Shown: piece by piece, positions 13,500 to 25,491 of the stretch
Position numbering within the stretch: position 1 is the stretch's first letter
How the letters are laid out: every line of letters begins with the position of its first letter
From: Mobula hypostoma
Taxonomy: Eukaryota
Length of the DNA stretch: 64,000 nucleotides
Assembly: GCF_963921235.1 (NCBI RefSeq)
Contig: NC_086097.1
Location: 191,210,001 to 191,274,000 of the forward strand
Direction: 5' to 3'
Notes under the pieces: generated by a model
Seen by the model: the letters and a program-made list of their open reading frames with translations, nothing else
What the model was told of the DNA's origin: nothing
Databases searched by the model: none
Made by a program: the position numbers and the translations under genes

Positions 13500-14845
13500 A
13501 TATTCGAAGGTGGACAATCCACATCAGGGGTGTGTGAAAGAGCTACTTTTTAATCATGGCAGTGATCAAAATTTTGAAGGCAGAGTTTTGCAGCTGTTTT
13601 TTCTAATTTGAGGAGCAACCAATCAGCAAGTGGCAGTGCATAAACAGAGCTACCTTTCCCTCAGGTCCACATTCAAGAATTATAAAGCAGAGCTTCGAGC
13701 CAGTTTTCTCAGAGTTGGACAATCCACACTAGGAGGGTGCACAAAAAGAGCTACATTTTAATGAGGACATCAATCAAGATTTTTAAGGCAGAGTTTAGTG
13801 GCTCTTTTTCTCAGACGAGGAGTGGCCAATCAGCAATATATATTCATCAGAAAGGGCCAAAAAGGATAACTTATGTGGAAGCAGAGTGGCCATTCTTGTG
13901 GAGAATGCCAATTTTTAGAGTGGCTTGGCTCATCAGGCTTAGGCGAGATCAGGCATGGGTGAGATATGAGTTTTGCATGCTACTTCTCTCTGTCCTAATT
14001 TGTTCATTCCTCATCTGTTACGGCCTAGTATAGTGAAGTTAGCTCCAGGTGTAGTATCCTGAAATGTGTGTGGGATTTGAGAAGTCTGGGAGAAGTCCAG
14101 TCTCCCAGATAAACACAGCTGCACCAGGTACACTGAGCTGCAACTCCAAAGAAACATATTAAGGAACTAGAGCTGCAACTTGATGACCTTTGACTCATAC
14201 AGGAGAATGAGTCAAAGGTCATTTCCTTGTCCCAAAGCAACAAACTGAGTAAGTATTTTGCATCAGTCCTCGCTGTGTAAGACACTAGCACTTTGGTGGA
14301 AGTTCCAGATGTCAGGGGCCATGAAGTATGTTAAGTTACCATAACTAGACAAAAACCTCTTGGGAAACTGAAAGGTCTAAAAGTAGGTAAGTCACTTCCT
14401 TCAGATGGTGTACACCCCAGAGTTTGAAAATGGTGGATGAAGTGATCGTTGAAGCATTAGTAATAATCTTTCAAGAATCACTAGATTCTGGAATGGTTCC
14501 GAAAGACTGGAAAATTACAAATGTCACTCCACTCTTCAAGGGAAAGAGGCAGAAGAAAGGAAATTATAGACAATTAGTCTGACCCCAGTGATTATGAAGC
14601 TTTTGGAGTTGATTATGAAGAATGAGGCTCAGGGTACTTGAAGGCACATGATGAAATAGGCCATTGCTGGGTTAATTTGCAGGTTGAGTCTGTGGTGAAG
14701 AAGGCAAATGCAATGTTAGCATGCATTTCAAGACTACTAAAATATAAAAACAAGTGTGTAATGTTGAGACTTTATAAAACACTGGTGAAGCCTCACTTGG
14801 CGTATATGAGCAGGTTTGGGCCCCTTATCTTTCAAAGAATCTGGT
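13500..14845 (+). mobile_element. Old CR1: putative 5' UTR with tandem units, ORF1 N-terminus remnant, internally deleted ORF2
   Basis: KELELQLDDL at ~14160 matches ORF1 of 35667-36410; ORF2 pieces follow. Confidence 0.6.
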
Positions 14846-17778
14846 GACTCCTAGCAAGAAGAGGCTCATGATAGGGCAAAATTGCAGTAAACAGGATGAG
14901 TTGCAACATGAAAGGTGGACAAATTCTAAAAAGGTGAATACAGGACTCAAGGTGTTATATTTGAATGTGTGCTGGATATGGAATAAAGGTGATGAACTTG
15001 TAGCACTGTTACAAATTGGCAAATATGATTTTGTAGGCATCACTCAATAATGGCTGAGAAAAGATTACAACTGGGAGCTTAATGTCCAACGATACACATT
15101 GTATTGAAAGACAGGCAGGAAGGCAGAGTGCATGGCGTGGTTATGTTAGTAAAAAATTAAATTAAATCATTAGAAAGAGATGATATATGGTCTGAGGCCA
15201 TTGAATCGTTGTGGATAGAGCTAAGAATATGCAAGGTTAAAAACACCCTGATGGGAGTCATATACAGACCCCAAAACTGTAGTAAGAATGTGGTCTACAA
15301 GTTACAACAGGAGATAGAAAATGCATGACAAAAAGACAATATTACAATAGTCACGGGGATTTCAATGTGCAGGTTGATTGGGGAAAATCAGGTCGGTTTA
15401 GGATTCTAAGAGGGGGAGTTTCTAGAATGCCTATGTGATGATTTTTTAGTGCAGTTCATGGTTGAGGCAATGACAGGATCAGCTTTTATGGACTGGGTGT
15501 TGGGAAACAAACCAGAATTGATCAGAGCTGTTATGGATTAAAAAAAAACCCTTAGAGGTAAGCGATCACAATATGATCAAATTCATCTTGAAATTTGAAA
15601 ACAGGTTAAGGTCAGGTGTGTCAGTATTACAGTGGAGTAAAGAAAACTACAGAGGCATGAAAGAGGAGTTCACCAGAATTGATTGGAAAAGAACACTGGC
15701 AGGGATGATGGCAGAGCAGCAATGGCTGGAATTTCTGGGAGAAATTCAGAAGGCACAGAATATATACATCCCAAAGAGCAAGAGGTATTCCAAACACAAC
15801 CATGACTAACAAGGGAAGTCAAAGCTAATAGAAAAACCAAAGAGAGGGCATATAATAGAGCAAAAATTAGTGGGAGGTTAGGGGATTAGGAAGCTTTTTT
15901 TAAAAAATCAGCAGAAGGCATTTAAAAAACTCATTAAGTAGGTAAAGATGAAATACAAAAATAAGCTAACCAGTAATATAAAAGAGGTTACCAAATGTTT
16001 CTGCAGATATGTAAAATGCAAAACAGAGGTGAGAGTGGATTTTGGACAGTTGGAAAATTATGCTGGAGAGTAGTAATGGGGGGCAAGGAAATTATGGATT
16101 AAATGAATAAGTATATTGCATTAGTCTTCATTATGAAAAACCCCAGCAGTGTGGTGGAAGTTCCAAGTATCAGGGGTCATGATGTGGGTGAAGTTACTAT
16201 TACTACAGAGAAGATTCTTGGGAAACTAAAAGGTCTGAAGGTGGATAAGTCACCTGCAACAGATTGTGTACACCCCAGGGTTCTGAAAGAGGTAGTTGAA
16301 GTGATTGTGGAGGCATTAGTAATGATCTTTGAAGAATCACTAGATCTGGAATAGTTCCAGAAGACTGGAAAATTGCAATTGTTGCTCCACTCTTCAAGAA
16401 GGGAGGGGGCAGAAGAAAGGACACTACAGGCCAGTTAGTCTGACCTCAGTGATTGGGAAGATGTTGGAGTCACTTATTAAGAATGTGGTTTGGGGGTCAT
16501 TGGAGGTACATGATGAAAAAGGCTGTAGACAGTATGGTTTCATCAAGGGAATATCTTGCCTGACAAATTTGTTGGAACTCTGAGGAAATAACAAGCAGGA
16601 TAGACATGGAAGAGTCTGTTGATGTTGTGTACTTGGATTTTCAGAAGGCCTTTGACAACGTAGCACACATGAGGCTGTCAAACAAGCCCATAGTATTACA
16701 GGAAAGATTCTAGACAGTAGTGGTTAATTGCCAGAAGACAAAGAGTGGAAATAAACAGAGCCCTTTCTGGTTGGCTGCCAGTAACTAGTGGTGTTCCACA
16801 GGAGTCTGTGTTGGAACCGATTCTTTTTACATTACATGTCAATGACTTGAATGATGTAATTGATGGCTTTGCTGCAAAGTTTGCAGATGATACAAAGACA
16901 GGTGGGGAGGCAGGTAGTTTTGAGGAAATAGGGAGGGTATTCGGGGACTGATTAAGAAATGGTAGGTGGAATATAGTGTCAGGAAGTGTATGGTCATGTA
17001 ATTTGGTAGAAGAAATGAAAGGGTTAACTATTTTTAATGCAGAGAAAATACTAAAATGTGAGGTGCACAGGAATCTGAGAGTCCTTGTTCAAGATTCCCT
17101 AAAGGTTAATTTGTAGGTTGAGTCTGTGGTGAGAAAGGCAAATGCAGGGTTAGCATTCATTTCGAGACGACTAGAATGTAAAAGCAAGGATGCAATACTG
17201 AGGCCTTATAAAGCACCGGTGAGGCCTCACTTGGAGTATTGGGTGCAGTATAAGCCCCTTATCTTAGAAATGATGTGCTGAAACTGGAGAGGGTTCATAG
17301 GGGATTCAGGAAACTGATTCCAGCATTAAACAGCTTGTCATGTGAGGAGTGTTTTATGGCTCTGGGCCTGTATTCACAGGAATTTAGAAGAATGAGGGGT
17401 GCCCACATTGAAACCTATCGAATAGTGAAATGCCTGGATAGAGTGAATATGGAAAGAATGTTTTCTATGGTTTCCTAAGACCAGAGGTTACAGCCTCAAA
17501 ATTGAGGGGCGTCCTTTTAAAATGGAGTTGAGGAGGAACATCTTTAGCTAGGGAATAGTGAATCTGTGGTACTCATTGCCGCAGGCAGCTGTGGAGGCCA
17601 CATCTTTCTGTACAGTATATTTAAGGCAGTGGTTGATAGATTCTTGATTAGTCAGGGCATGAAGGAATACGGGAAAAGCAGGAGATTGGGGCTGAGAAGA
17701 AATTTGGATCAGCCATGATGAAATGGTGGAGCAGAGTGATGGCCAAATGACCCAGTTCTGCTCCTGTACCTTATGGAA
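14845..17778 (+). mobile_element. Degenerate CR1 ORF2 (APE to RT to 3' tail)
   Basis: LKVLYLN, SDHNMI, GVPQES, KFADD, 3' tail. Confidence 0.9.
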
Positions 17779-18254
17779 ATAAGATACTTATTTTAAAAAC
17801 TGGTACGCACCAGCAGACCAGCCAAAGCTAATCTATCTGAGCATGAACTTGGTATAACCTTTACATTCTCAGTAAAACTAAAACCTGATAGAAGTATAAT
17901 AGCTTCTAGAAGACTTAATTAAGAAACAGACTAGGTCCTGATTACGGAATAAAATGATTATCCACATTTCTAGCAATAAATTTAAGTTTCTATTTCAAAA
18001 TTGGTGCACACATTAATATAATTAGTGAAGTTCCTGAATATTAGGTATTGTTGCTGTTTTATTCCATGTCTCTACTTTTGTCTGTGGTTCTGTTACCACA
18101 CTAGAATAATTCACATCCCTATTTACTAATTACTTGTCCTCATTATTTGTCTCTTGCAACACTTCACATACCATCTCCTCCTATCCCTGTCCAAGCTTAT
18201 CTCTGTAAATGCCACTATCTCAAAAATGCTAATCAATTCATCAGTCACCTGACC

Positions 18255-18850
18255 AGGTTCATTGCCTAGTACCAGATCCAGTATGGCTTCCTCTCTAGTC
18301 AGCCTGTCTACATATTGTGTCAGGAATCCTTCCTGGACACACCTATCAAATACTGTCTCATCTAAACCTTTTGCACTAAGGAGGTGCCAATTAATATTAG
18401 GGAAGTTGAAGTTACCTATAATATGGCAACAACCCTGTTATTTTTGCACCTTTCTAAAATGTGCCTCCTAACCTACTCCTCACTGCCTCTGTTGCCACTG
18501 GTGTGGGGAGGAAGGGGTTCTATAGAAACTTCCAATGGAGTTCTTCAAATGATAGCACTCTTTCTCATTCTGACATGCACCCATGCTGACTCAGTAAACA
18601 ATCCCTTTTCAATATACCCCCTTTCTGCAGCTGTAATACTATCCCTAATAAGCAATGTCACTCGCTCATTTTTTTCTTCCTTGCCTGTCTCTTTAGAAAC
18701 ATCTAAACCTCAGAACATCCAGTAGCAGGTCTCAGTAATGGCTACAATGACACATTTCCATGCACAGATCCATGTTTTAAGATCATCCTTGCTCTGGATA
18801 CTTCTTGCATTAAAATAGACTAATTTCAGCCCATCCAACTGACTGCAGAA
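18255..18850 (-). mobile_element. Old CR1 APE fragment
   Basis: Antisense of CVQEGFLTQYVD and GNFNFPNI-like motifs. Confidence 0.7.
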
Positions 18851-19029
18851 ATGCCCTCACCACGGCCCTCACAGACTGTCTACAAAATGCATTTACCTTT
18901 ACACCCCTGCCGACAACTGAGCATGTCTACGTGGAACACTGTCACAGGAAAGCAGCATCCATCATCTGTGGTGGCACTGGTTCGCTGACTGCGAAGTTCC
19001 AAATTCATACCAAGACTTTTAGTACTATC

Positions 19030-20010
19030 AGATATAAATTGGCATAAGTACTCTCACTAAAGAGAGATTATACTGTAACTACCAATCTTCAAAGACTAGT
19101 TCTCTTCCTTGTTTATTCCCCATGCTGTAGTTAGCTACCAATACCCACTATTCCAGCAGTGGGTCCCCTCTCACTTCCAAGGAAAAGATACAGTACTTCC
19201 AACTAACTGAGTTGTTTAAAACATAGTTCATTTATTTACAGTGATACATGTTTAAATCCACATCATCATCATCATCATCAGGTGCCATGCCCAGTTTGAG
19301 CTTTGACTGCCATGGCCCACACGCTCATGTTTCGGGTCAAGTGGATCAATTCATTGGTATTCATTTCCAGTTCTCTGGCCGCTGTCTCCTTCATCATTTG
19401 TCTTTGTCTTTCTCTTGCTTTCTTCCCTTCAATCTTTCCCACAATTGCCGTGCATTCTAACTCCTCTTTCCTAATCACATGTCCAATGAAGTTAAATCCA
19501 CACACTCTTAAAACAAATTTAAAACTCACAGAGGATTTCTATCTTAATTTCCCAATTACAAACCACTTCCAGAGCACAAAGTACAAAGCATTTCTCAAAC
19601 GGTATGGATAAGTATTTCCAAAAACATGGGTACAATTCCTAGAATCTGAAAAAGACATACCAAAGATGCAGACAAATAAGTTTTCCATCACAGAAACCAA
19701 AGCTGGATTCTAGTTCTACTATGTTTCTTAATGTTCCTTACCCCATTCCTAACCTGAACTGTTTTCTACATCTATACACTTATGTGGCCTTTTGAGTGAC
19801 TTCACAAGCATGTGATATTTCCTCAGATATCCTTTTAACACAAATGGTCTAAAAGTATCTTTGGAGACATAGACCTTAGCTAGCTACTATCAATGCTATA
19901 AAGCTAACTTCGGAGTACATAACTATAAACAACTCCTCTAACTATGAACACATCAGTTATTGATAGGCTAAAAGATATTATCCACATAGTTCTGCAAACT
20001 ATCTTGAACT
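19030..20010 (+). mobile_element. Ancient repeat, possibly L1/Tx1 ORF2 3' part; paralog of 24290-24850
   Basis: Colinear similarity to 24290-24850; A-rich; GDFTHM-like remnant; family assignment weak. Confidence 0.4.
19263..19491 (-). mobile_element. RTE-clade LINE 3' fragment with (TGA)n tail and 11-bp TSD
   Basis: GHVIRKEELE...GKIEGKKARERQR; TSD TTAAATCCACA at 19252-19262 and 19492-19502. Confidence 0.88.
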
Positions 20011-20129
20011 AAACAGCTTAAGAGTCAGCTCGTCTGTTTGAAACAATTAAAATTAAACAACCCATTGTCTTGTACTCTATTCTTGAGCAATAATAAAGCA
20101 GGAGCAGTAACTGGTAGACAGCATTCCAC

Positions 20130-20331
20130 CTGGGCTTTTCTTTATGCTGTGGAATGACTCGGAACATGTGAATCTCATAATATTCAGCTTCAACAATGTA
20201 CGGTAGTGATGCCAGCCATTGCTCAAATTCCAGGATCTCAAGCTTGAGCTCTTCTAGACGATGTTTTGTAGCTTCCCCTGTGGCACAGTATGCGTACTCA
20301 ATGGGCCAGAAGAGTCTTGATATGCCTTTGT
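20130..20331 (-). pseudogene. Candidate exon D of an unidentified minus-strand gene
   Basis: ttttagttcttctaatag acceptor, CCCAG|GTGGAA donor, 202 nt open in phase 1: DKGISRLFWPIEYAYCATGEATKHRLEELKLEILEFEQWLASLPYIVEAEYYEIHMFRVIPQHKEKP. Confidence 0.55.
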
Positions 20332-20699
20332 CTATTAGAAGAACTAAAATACATTTCATTTCAGATTTTCAGCATCTCTGCAATTTTGATTTTCAGCTAA
20401 AATCTAACTAGTTTTCCATGTCAACAATAACTACACTCCTGCTGTTTCAATGAATTAATTATTAAGTAATTGTTATTCCAGGCAAAAAGAAATCAAACTG
20501 CTAGATGAAATCAGCAATCAGGCAACATCTACAAGGCAAAAGAACTGATAATTATAATACTTAATTAACTTTAATCTATTTTTAAGTACGAATCACCATC
20601 ACTACCCTTTCCCAATGGACCTGTAGAACTTCACACTTGGTAGAATTTGTACTCTGTGCTACACAATCTTCAATAATGTAGATGAAAATTAATCACCAC

Positions 20700-21760
20700 T
20701 TGGACAAGAATTTACCAATAAAGGAAATTGGGCAAGGAATTGTTGAGGACAAATTGTGATTGACAAATTTGATTGAATTTTTTAATGATGTTAATAGGTT
20801 AATGCCAAAGTTGGATGAGAGCAGAACAATTAATGCTGCATAAATGATTTTCCAAAAGGCATTTGATAAAATGCCATGTATCATATTTCTTGTCAACATT
20901 GGAATTCACAGAATGAAAGGGGCAGTAGCAGGATGAATTGGCTGAGAGACGGGTAACAACTGAACTATGATGAATGTTTGATTTTCTAAATAGATACAGT
21001 GACAATCTCCAGGTTTAGCACCATTACTACAATAATTTTCAACACCCATTAGTCACTTAGAATTGCCGGAACATCAAAATAAGTAGATAACACAATATTT
21101 AGAAATGTAATATATAGCAGAGAGGAAATTATTAGACTTTGAGGGAATAAAGCTGGGCTGGTGAAACCATCAGATATAAGGCAAGTAAACTTCAGCAAGG
21201 AAAAGTTTGAAATAAAATTTTATGATAGAAAGAATGAGGAGAGCTCATACAGCAAAATAAATGATACGGTCTTAAAGGGAGGGGAAGCGTAGTGTTTGTT
21301 CACAATCCGTTGCAGCTGGCAGGGTGGCTTAACCAAGCATTTAATATAGCATTTGGAATCCTGGGTTTATATGTGGAAGTACAGAGCACCAAAGTCAGGA
21401 TATTATGCTGAATTTATATAAAGCATTGTTTCCACCCAGCCTGAGTTAATTTCCAGTTCTGTGAACCACACATTTCCAAGGTCATAAGGTTCTGAAAAAG
21501 GCTCAAAAGAATTTTACTGGATTGATTACTGTGAGATTGATAGGCAAAGTTCCTCTCAAACTAGAAGCCCAACAGCAGGTCTGATAGAATTGCTTAAAAC
21601 AATGAGGGGTTTATTTGAGCAAATACTTTATTTCCACTGGTTGAAGGATCCTTCTTTCAAGGGAAACATGTTTAAGGTGACTGACAAAAGTGCTGGTGAT
21701 GATATGAGAAACTTTTTTACACAGCAAGTTGTCAGAATTTAATGGGCTCTAAGAAATAGT
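20700..21760 (+). mobile_element. Ancient CR1 RT-to-3' remnant
   Basis: Eroded LTNLIEFF, DFPKAFDK and LNLYKAL motifs. Confidence 0.7.
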
Positions 21761-21813
21761 GCAACTGGAGCTTTTTCAAATATCACCCTCAAAAGAATCA
21801 CACAAAAAAATAC

Positions 21814-22048
21814 ATTATAGGGATGTCGTCCAGCAGCTGGAACTTTGCAACACACACAATATGCTGGAGGATCTCAGCAGGCCGGGCAGCATCTTTGAAA
21901 AATAGTACCGTCGACGTTTTGGGCCAAAACCCTTCAGCAGGACAGCAGCTGGAACTAAACTGATTTCTCTTTGAAAGAGTTGGCACAGATTCAATGTGTC
22001 CAGTGGCATCCTCTGTGCTGTGCAAATCTATGACAATCTTGTGGTCAT
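21814..22048 (-). pseudogene. Candidate exon C, interrupted by a Penelope-derived insertion
   Basis: ctatttctacttattacag acceptor; 123 nt after removing insert and one TSD; AAT|GTATTT donor; one stop in either plausible frame. Confidence 0.4.
21845..21942 (-). mobile_element. Short Penelope pLTR-derived insertion with degenerate hammerhead motif and 14-bp TSD
   Basis: TSD CAGCAGCTGGAACT at 21831-21844 and 21943-21956; similar to pLTR at 24851. Confidence 0.85.
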
Positions 22049-22229
22049 CTGTAATAAGTAGAAATAGTCTGCAAAACTTAGCTGTGTGATATTTATTGTT
22101 ACATTGTAAGCACACATATGCAGTTTGAGTTAAAATGTGCTCCCCAATGATAGTTGAAATCTTGCAGAGAAAACAGATTATTACATTTTTCCATGTTCAG
22201 TATTGCTTTGATATGAGCCCAGTTGCTTT

Positions 22230-23140
22230 TATTAATATCTTAAACCTGGCAATTCATATGGATAGTGTGCTTGCTTTTATCTATTGTAAAAGTTGCAGCT
22301 ATATAAAGCCTTATTTAAGCCATATTTGATTGTGTTTAGTTCTTGTTGCCACATTACAGAAAAATATGGAAACTTTGGACAGGGTGCAGAAGAGCAGGGG
22401 TGTCAGTACATTTGGATATGGCCTGAGTGGGGAGGGAGAGAGGGAGAGAGGGGGAGAGGGGGAGAGAGAGAGGGAGAGAGGGAGAGAGAGAGACTGAGAC
22501 TGAAGGGGGTGATAGTTAATAGACTTTAATGTGAACAGTATTTTAAGGGAAAAGAAAACAATAAATGCTAGGCCAAACAGGGCATTTAATTAAAACTCAA
22601 ATGGAAAACTAGATGCCAACACCACAACTGAAAGGAATATCTAAATATAAAATGAATACCACTAGTGTTCAGCATCAGTAGATTTGATAGTTCACTTTCT
22701 CAGGCAAGGCCAATTGCTAGCAGGCAGTGTAACAGTGCTGTGCTTTGCTCAAGTCTCTCCAAACACTACAATTAAACGATGGAAGTTCAATAACACCATA
22801 ATGAAATAATAGTTAGCTGACACGTGCAGATTCACGAGCTGAATCTGCTGCACAGCTGAGTCCGTAGTTGTGACAAGGGGAATATTTAAAGCAGATTTAC
22901 AAGCCAAGATTTTTTACACAGGGTCCTGAAGGTGGCTGGAAAGTGTTGTCAAGAAAAATGGTAGAAGCAGATAGAATAACAAAGTTTAAACATATCTAGG
23001 GAGGCACATGAACAGTTGGGAAAGGAGGGATACAAACATGTGCAACCAAATCGAATTATTTTAAATTGGCATCATGTTTGGCACAGATATAGTGCCTCAT
23101 TGTTCCTGTGCTGTACTGCTTAACGTCTTAAGTTCTATGA
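22230..23140 (+). mobile_element. Ancient CR1 3' remnant hosting a solo LTR
   Basis: LQLYKAL and RVQK motifs; CR1-like tail near 23100-23140. Confidence 0.6.
22401..22875. mobile_element. Solo LTR, 475 bp, with internal GA-rich microsatellite
   Basis: Termini TGTCA...TGACA; 5-bp TSD AGGGG at 22396-22400 and 22876-22880. Confidence 0.8.
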
Positions 23141-23194
23141 ATGCATGTCTACCAGCAGGAGTGATGCACCATGCCGGCAATAAATAAACCTACC

Positions 23195-23363
23195 ACCCCC
23201 TGCCTAACTACTGTGCTATCAAACATCCTTTCTATTGATTTAAGTATTACATCAACTAATAAATGAAGCTTCCAGAATTCAACGGAGTTTGTAAACACTA
23301 TAGGGAGTATTGTGCAAGGCCTGCAGAGTTTATTTTGAGGAAAACTTCTGAAAAAGTAATGGC
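23195..23363 (-). pseudogene. Candidate exon B (donor uncertain)
   Basis: ttgttgtttttacag acceptor; phase-1 frame open: HYFFRSFPQNKLCRPCTILPIVFTNSVEFWKLHLLVDVILKSIERMFDST. Confidence 0.4.
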
Positions 23364-23461
23364 CTGTAAAAACAACAATTTTGTCATAAGTTTTATCATA
23401 CAGAAAATACCTCCTCCATTCCAGAGATAATTTTGCACTCCACACAAACTTGAGCAGCTAC

Positions 23462-23614
23462 CTTAAGGTTTGTCATAGATCATCAAAGAGTTGGTTGCCT
23501 GAGCCATTCTAGTAGAGTCCTGCTGGCCTTCTGTCCCAAAATTCATTAAGGTCTACTTATGCTGCAGAATCTCATGATCATGTGGTCTCAGTCCTTGAGA
23601 TCAATTCTAGGCAG
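23462..23614 (-). pseudogene. Candidate exon A, 153 nt, stops in all frames
   Basis: ~55-nt polypyrimidine tract plus CAG acceptor; AAG|GTAGCT donor; 98-nt intron to exon B. Confidence 0.4.
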
Positions 23615-24289
23615 CTGCAGAGCAGGAAAAGAAGGATAAGGAGAAGAGGAGAAAAGAGGAAGGGAGAAGAAAATTGAAGGTAAATGAAGGAAAAATGTAA
23701 AAAGGCATGAAAGAAAGGATGTAATATTTCTATCCCCCTCCTTTTTCATACGGTTTCTTTCTGGACAACCTGTCCATGGCCAACTAATTATACATTAACG
23801 CCAGTGAAGAAGGTCACAAATCTCATCCTCTTAGGTTCTCATAATACATTTACTCTTTTGCTGACCTTTATAGCTTCTTCCTGGCAACAAAATAAAAGCA
23901 AAGTAAGTTTATAAAAGAATGTTTGAGCTGGGACATTAACAAAACATGTTTGGGCCACACATGGAATATTGTGTTTAGTTCTGGTTGCATTGCCATCAGA
24001 AGGATATGAAAGTACTGGAACAATGCAAAGAAGGTTCACCAGGATGTTGCCTGGACAGCAGGACTTCAGCTGTGGGGAGATATTGAACAGACTGGGTTTA
24101 TTTTCTTCGGAGCGAAAGAGGCTGATGGATAACCTGACAGAAGTAAACAGAAGAGATTCGGCTGATGCTCTAAATCCAGAAAAACACACACGTTCAGGTG
24201 GGTAGGGGAGGGGTGATGAAGTGAAAAGCTGGGAGGTGATAGGTCAAAAAGATAAAGTGCAGAAGCCTGATGTTCTTAGATTTGCTGAC

Positions 24290-24850
24290 CGCAAAGCTCT
24301 AAACTCAAATAAGAACCTTAAGCCCTACAAGATATAATTAGCTATGGTATCCTCACCTAAGGGAGTTTGGCCTTTAACTGCCAAATTTTCAAAGACCAGT
24401 TCACTATCTTGTACCCACTATTTGAGCAGTGGATTCTCCCCCACACCCTACCACCAAGGAGAAGATACATTCAGCTAACAAAGTAGTTTAAAACAGAGCT
24501 CAATCATTTTCAGTAATATGCATTTAAATCCTAACAACATTCTTAAAACACATTTAAAACTCATAGAAGGTTGCCATCTTATAAAAGATTTCCAAATTAG
24601 AAACCGTTTCTAAAACACAAAGGATTTCCAAACCACTGGTACAATTCCGAAAAGCAAAAAAGACATACCAACAATACAGATAAACCAGTCATTGACCACT
24701 GAAATCAAAAGAATGGATTCTTAGTTCATCCTATGTTTTTTCATGCTTCTTGATATTCTTTACCCCATTCCTAGCAAGCTTGAACTGCTCCCTTCACTTC
24801 TACTGTTTCTTTGCCATTTGGGTGACTTCACTCACATGTGATATTTCCTC
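24290..24850 (+). mobile_element. Ancient repeat (possible L1/Tx1 remnant), paralog of 19030-19824
   Basis: Shared blocks such as CTTAAAACA-ATTTAAAACTCA, AAAGACATACCAA, TACCCCATTCCTA, CATGTGATATTTCCTC. Confidence 0.45.
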
Positions 24851-24911
24851 AACACACATCAAAGTTGCTGGTGAACGCAGCAGGCCAAGCGGCATCTATA
24901 GGAAGAGGTGC

Positions 24912-24947
24912 AGTCGACGTTTCAGGCCAAGACCCTTCGTCAGGACT
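24912..24947 (-). ncRNA. Minimal type I hammerhead ribozyme motif (Penelope-associated)
   Basis: Reverse strand AGTC-CTGACGA-AGGGTCTTGGCCT-GAAA-CG-TC-GACT. Confidence 0.75.
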
Positions 24948-25296
24948 AACTGAAGGAAGAGTGAGTAAGGGATTTGAAAGCTGGAGGGGGAGGGGGAGAT
25001 GCAAAATGATAGGAGAAGACAGGAGGGGGAGGGATAGAGCCGAGAGCTGGACAGGTGATAGGCAAAAGGTGATACGAGAGGATCATGGGACAGGAGGTCC
25101 GGGAAGAAAGACGGGGGGGGTGGGGAGTGACCCAGAGGATGGGCAAGAGGTATATTCAGAGGGACAGAGGGAGAAAAAGGAGAGTGAGAGAAAGCATGTG
25201 TGCATAAAAATGAGTAACAGATGGGGTACGAGGGGGAGGTGGGGCCTTAGCGGAAATATCACAAACAACAGGAATTCTGCAGATGCTGGAAATTCA

Positions 25297-25491
25297 AGCA
25301 ACACACATCAAAGTTGCTGGTGAACGCAGCAGGCCAGGCAGCATCTATAGGAAGAGGCGCAGTCGACGTTTCAGGCCGAGACCCTTCGTCAGGACCTGAC
25401 GAAGGGTCTCGGCCTGAAACGTCGACTGCGCCTCTTCCTATAGATGCTGCCTGGCCTGCTGCGTTCACCAGCAACTTTGATGTGTGTTGCT
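25297..25491. repeat. Perfect inverted repeat, 97-bp arms, 1-nt spacer at 25394
   Basis: 25297-25393 is the exact reverse complement of 25395-25491 by manual comparison. Confidence 0.93.
25361..25396 (-). ncRNA. Minimal type I hammerhead ribozyme motif
   Basis: Reverse strand GGTC-CTGACGA-AGGGTCTCGGCCT-GAAA-CG-TC-GACT. Confidence 0.7.

Larger units (their letters stand above)
24851..25491. mobile_element. Penelope pLTR complex: pLTR, tandem partial pLTR and inverted partial pLTR
   Basis: Near-identical to 50505-51164 and homologous to the pLTR after the GIY-YIG ORF (31043-31473). Confidence 0.9.

Noticed and set aside
22000..23363. CRPCTILPIVFT and DHKIVIDLH vaguely recall KDZ/HMGXB3-type Cys clusters
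   Set aside because: Short-motif resemblance from memory only; cannot be supported without a profile search
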